The translations under genes and the position numbers were made by a program. Under the pieces are notes generated by a model that had not been told where the DNA came from, made no database searches, and saw only the letters and a list, made by a program, of their open reading frames with translations. A stretch of 64,000 nucleotides of DNA from Azolla caroliniana (taxonomy: Eukaryota > Plantae > Polypodiophyta): positions 13,516,001 through 13,580,000 of the forward strand of contig JBHGNT010000003.1 of the NCBI GenBank assembly GCA_043228905.1, written 5' to 3'. Below are positions 60,545 through 64,000 of this stretch, piece by piece (within the stretch, counting starts at the first letter, position 1; each line of letters opens with the position of its first letter).

Positions 60545-63500
60545 TGTGAAGAATAGCGCAGAATACTGCTCCGCCACAACCGAGTCTTTAGATCACTTTG
60601 TTTAAGGATCAAATATAGAAATGGGAATAGAGATGAATATTCATACACACACGAGTCGATAGAGAGTACACAAGATGTTTACCTGGAAAACCCTAATAGG
60701 GAAAAACCACGGGAGCCCACAGACTTTGAATTTACACTATATGAGAAATGTACAATCAAAGACTCAGAGGCAACGACCTCAAGCTCTATTTCTTTGCCAA
60801 GCGGCGGTTACAACAGAAACCTTTTTGTATCGCACCCTCTCTCTCTCTCTCTCTCTGTCACTCACTCTATACAACAGTTATGCACATACAACAATATGAC
60901 AACAACATTGTCTATCAAAGTAATTGCCCTAAGTCATATTTATACTTATATGAACTTAGGGCTATTTACAAATATAACCTCAATAGGCTTACTCAAAACA
61001 TATTTAGACCGGTTCTCATCGGGTCCATCCGATCCGGTTTCCGGTGTTGAGAGATAGGTCCCTCCGGATGGGAAGGGAGAAGGACGGTGCTGATGAAGAG
61101 TACCCGGCTACGGAGAGCTGGATGGTGCAGACCCGGTGAGAACCGGATGAAGAGTACCCGGCTACGGAGAGCCGGATGGTGCAGACCCGGTGAGAACCGG
61201 ATGAAGAGTACCCGGCTACGGAGAGCTGGATGGTGCAGACCCGGTATGAACCGGATGAGGAGTACCCGGCTACGGAGAGCCGGATGGTGCAGACCCGGTA
61301 TGAACCGAATGAGGAGTACCCGGCTACGGAGAGCCGGATGGTGTAGACCCGGTATGAACCGGATGAGGAGACATATTGGTAAATATGTTTTTGAGAGTCC
61401 ATTGTGGCTATATTTGTAAATAGACGAAAAAGTCATATTAATATAAATATGACTTAGGGCAAATTTTTAGTAATGGTAGTTGTTGTCGTTTCTTGTTGGT
61501 GCAAGAAAAGAGAGAGTGCTTAACTGTACAGAGAGTGAGAGAGAGAAAGAGGTCACTGCCTCTGTTGTATCCGCCGTCTGCGGCGAAGATCGTGAGCACG
61601 AGGTCGTTGCCTCCATGAACTCACTGTTTGTACATTCCAACATAGTGATAGTTTGCAGCCTGTGGGCTGTAGTGGTTTTTCCCCTAGTTTGGGGTTTTCC
61701 GCGTAAACCTCCTGTGTATCTTCCTCTTCTTTGTGTCGTGTTTTATTTCCCGTTTTCTGTGTATGATCCTAAGCTCGGTTGTGGCCGAGCGCTGCGTATA
61801 GGGAGCGTTGAGTTCTCGTCATCCGGGCCTCTTCCGGTTCTCACCGGGTCCTCTTCATTCATCACTGGATCCGTTATGCACATACAGTTATGCACATACA
61901 ACAATATGACAACAACATTGTCTATCAAAGTGATTGCCTTAAGTCATATTTATACTTATATGAACTTAGGGCTATTTACAAATATAACCTCAATAGGCTT
62001 ACTCAAAACATATTTAGAAATATGTCTTCTCTTCCGGTTCTCATCGGGTCCATCCGATCCGGTTTCCGGGCCTCTTCCGGTTCTCACCGGGTCCTCTTCA
62101 TTCATCACTGGATCCCATCCGGAGGGACCAATTTCCCAACAATCTCCCCCTTCACTCCGGCATGGGATGTCTCGCCAGCCCGATTCGCTTTTGGCACGCA
62201 TCCAGCTTGTCAGTTGTCAACACCTTGGTCAGCATATCCAACCTGTTCTCCTTTATGTGGATCTTCATCAGCACAAACTCTTGATCTTCTACTCTCTCCC
62301 GGATCCAGTGGTACCTCCGCTAGATATGTTTTGTCCGGGAATGGTAGGTCGCGTTCTTTGCAAGGTGGATGGCACTTTGACTGTCGCAGTAGAGCCAATA
62401 TTCCTCTTGTTGGATTCCTAGCTCTCCAATGAAGTCCTTCATCTAGATTATCTCTTGCCAGCTTCTACAACTACCATGTACTCCACCTCCGTGGTTGACA
62501 ATGCAACCATCTTCTGGAACCTTGACTGCCATGATACAACTCCCCCTGCATAAGTCATGACATATCCAGATGTAGACCGGCTAGTATCCGCATCGGCCGA
62601 CATATTCGAATCCGTGAATCCGTCAAGTTGGGGATTACTGGAGCTGAACTAGAGGCACATACTCGAGGTGCCTTTTAGATACCAGAGTATCCACTTGACC
62701 GTGTTCCAATGCTCTCTTCTGGGATTGCTCATGAACTGACTTACCACTCCGACTGCATATCTGATATCTGTCCGAGTACATACCATCGTGTACATCTAGC
62801 TTCCAATGGTAGAGGCATATGGTATCTTCATCATATCCGTATTCTCCGCCTTTGTCCTCGGACTTTGTTTTCCAGATAGCTTGCAGTTTTCTGGAAGTGT
62901 CGATCCGACCGGTTTTGCCTTCGACATGTTGAACCGTTGAAGCACCTTTGTCATGTACTTCTCCTGTGACAACCACAACAACTTCTTCAACCGGTCCTGG
63001 ATGATGTGCATTCCCAATATCTGTCTTGCCGGAGCCAAGTCTTATATTGAGAAGGTCCGGTTGAGAGCCTTCTTCAGCATCCGAATCTTGCCTTGGTCTC
63101 GTCCGACTATCAACATATCATCCACATATAGGAGGAGTATCAGGAAATCTCCTCCGTCAAATTTCTTCACAAACACGCAGTGATCGGCCTACGTCTTGTG
63201 GTACCCTTGGTCGGTCATGAAGGAGTCCAACTTCCGGTACCATTGCCGGGGAGCTTGCTTCAATCCGTATAAGCTCTTCTTTAGCCAGCACACCAGGTGC
63301 TCCTTCCCTTTCTTCTCAAATCCTTCTGGTTGATGCATGTAGATTTCTTCTTCGAGGTTGCCATGTAAGAATGCTGTCTTGACGTCTAGTTGCTCTACCT
63401 CGAGGTCTATGCTTGCCGCTATGCCCAATACCGTTCGGATGGATGTCATCTTTATTACCAGGCAAATATCTCATCGAAATCCACTCCTTTCTTCTGTTGG

Positions 63501-63613
63501 AACCCCTTCACCACGATTTGGGCTTTGTATCTTGGTGGGTTTCCGGCATCTCCCGGTTTCAGCTTGTACACCCACTTGTTCTGGAGTGCCCTCTTCCCTT
63601 TCGGCAACTCCGT
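60545..63613 (-). mobile_element. Tork-like copia 3' half (RT/RNase H 62142-63613; 3' LTR 60545-62141 with internal duplication and nested solo LTR)
   Basis: NKWVYKLK, QLDVKTAFLHG, LYGLKQAPRQW. PPT rc GAAGGGGGAGAT. LTR start rc TGTTGGGAAATTGGTCCCTCCGGATGGG. Confidence 0.9.
61045..61821 (+). mobile_element. Solo LTR (777 bp) of the same Tork-like family, with five 54-bp tandem repeats (61092-61361)
   Basis: TGTTG...GTCA termini, TSD TCCGG/TCCGG, repeat unit GATGAAGAGTACCCGGCTACGGAGAGC...GAACCG. Confidence 0.9.
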
Positions 63614-64000
63614 TGTCGTGAAGAAAACCGGCCATAGGCGGAATCGAAGAAAAAGGCGCATGAACCGGCTCTTACACGAATGGACGTGTGAATTTATATT
63701 TTGATATTTTGTACATGATTCATAAATGGATCGGCTGATGTAAATACTAAGTAGTACACATTTATTAGGGGGGATTGTGCGAATCTCTCTCAAAAGGGGA
63801 CAAGGAATAAAACGATTTGACTAGGGAGAAAGGGGCACCCCTTTTTTTTGCGAACTATTTAAGGAGGGAGAGAAGAAAGATAAAAGGGGATCGCGCGTTG
63901 GCGAGGGGGAAGGGCTGCTGCAGAACTGAGTGTCGAGCTCTCTCTTCTCCAGTCGTTGTTCTCTGCGGGTGTCGGGAGTTCGCTGCCTCTGCTTCGTGGA
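63614..64000 (+). repeat. Start of an LTR of the family seen at 10395-15610; runs off the window
   Basis: TGTCGTGAAGAAAACCGGCCATAGGCGGAA matches rc of 15581-15610. It interrupts a copia RT. Confidence 0.75.

Noticed and set aside
61092-61361. CRISPR-like regular repeats
   Set aside because: Head-to-tail 54-bp units with no unique spacers, inside a plant LTR, with no cas genes.

Overview
Eukaryotic nuclear DNA from a plant. The repeat mix (Tcn1-like chromovirus, L1-type LINEs, plant-type tRNA primer sites) suggests a non-seed plant such as a fern, but that is inference. Most of the window is nested transposable elements: several Ty1/copia elements (one fully intact copy with apparently identical LTRs at 41571-47474), Ty3/gypsy elements (a gag-less Tcn1-like chromovirus, a pol-deleted element, and a gag-only element with a tRNA-Trp primer site and 4-bp TSD), two L1-type LINEs, solo LTRs and a short plastid-type 23S rRNA fragment. 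One host gene is present: a five-exon minus-strand PHP-domain phosphoesterase (YciV/TrpH-like, 485 aa, 32167-37630). The most notable unexplained pattern is an antisense tRNA-like Pol III A/B-box cassette with canonical spacing near the U3 start of LTRs from three different elements. Other highlights are Tf1-style self-priming signatures in two chromovirus LTRs, NCGN insertion sites for one family, and a LINE 5' junction filled with an inverted copy of nearby flanking DNA. All coordinates were read by eye.
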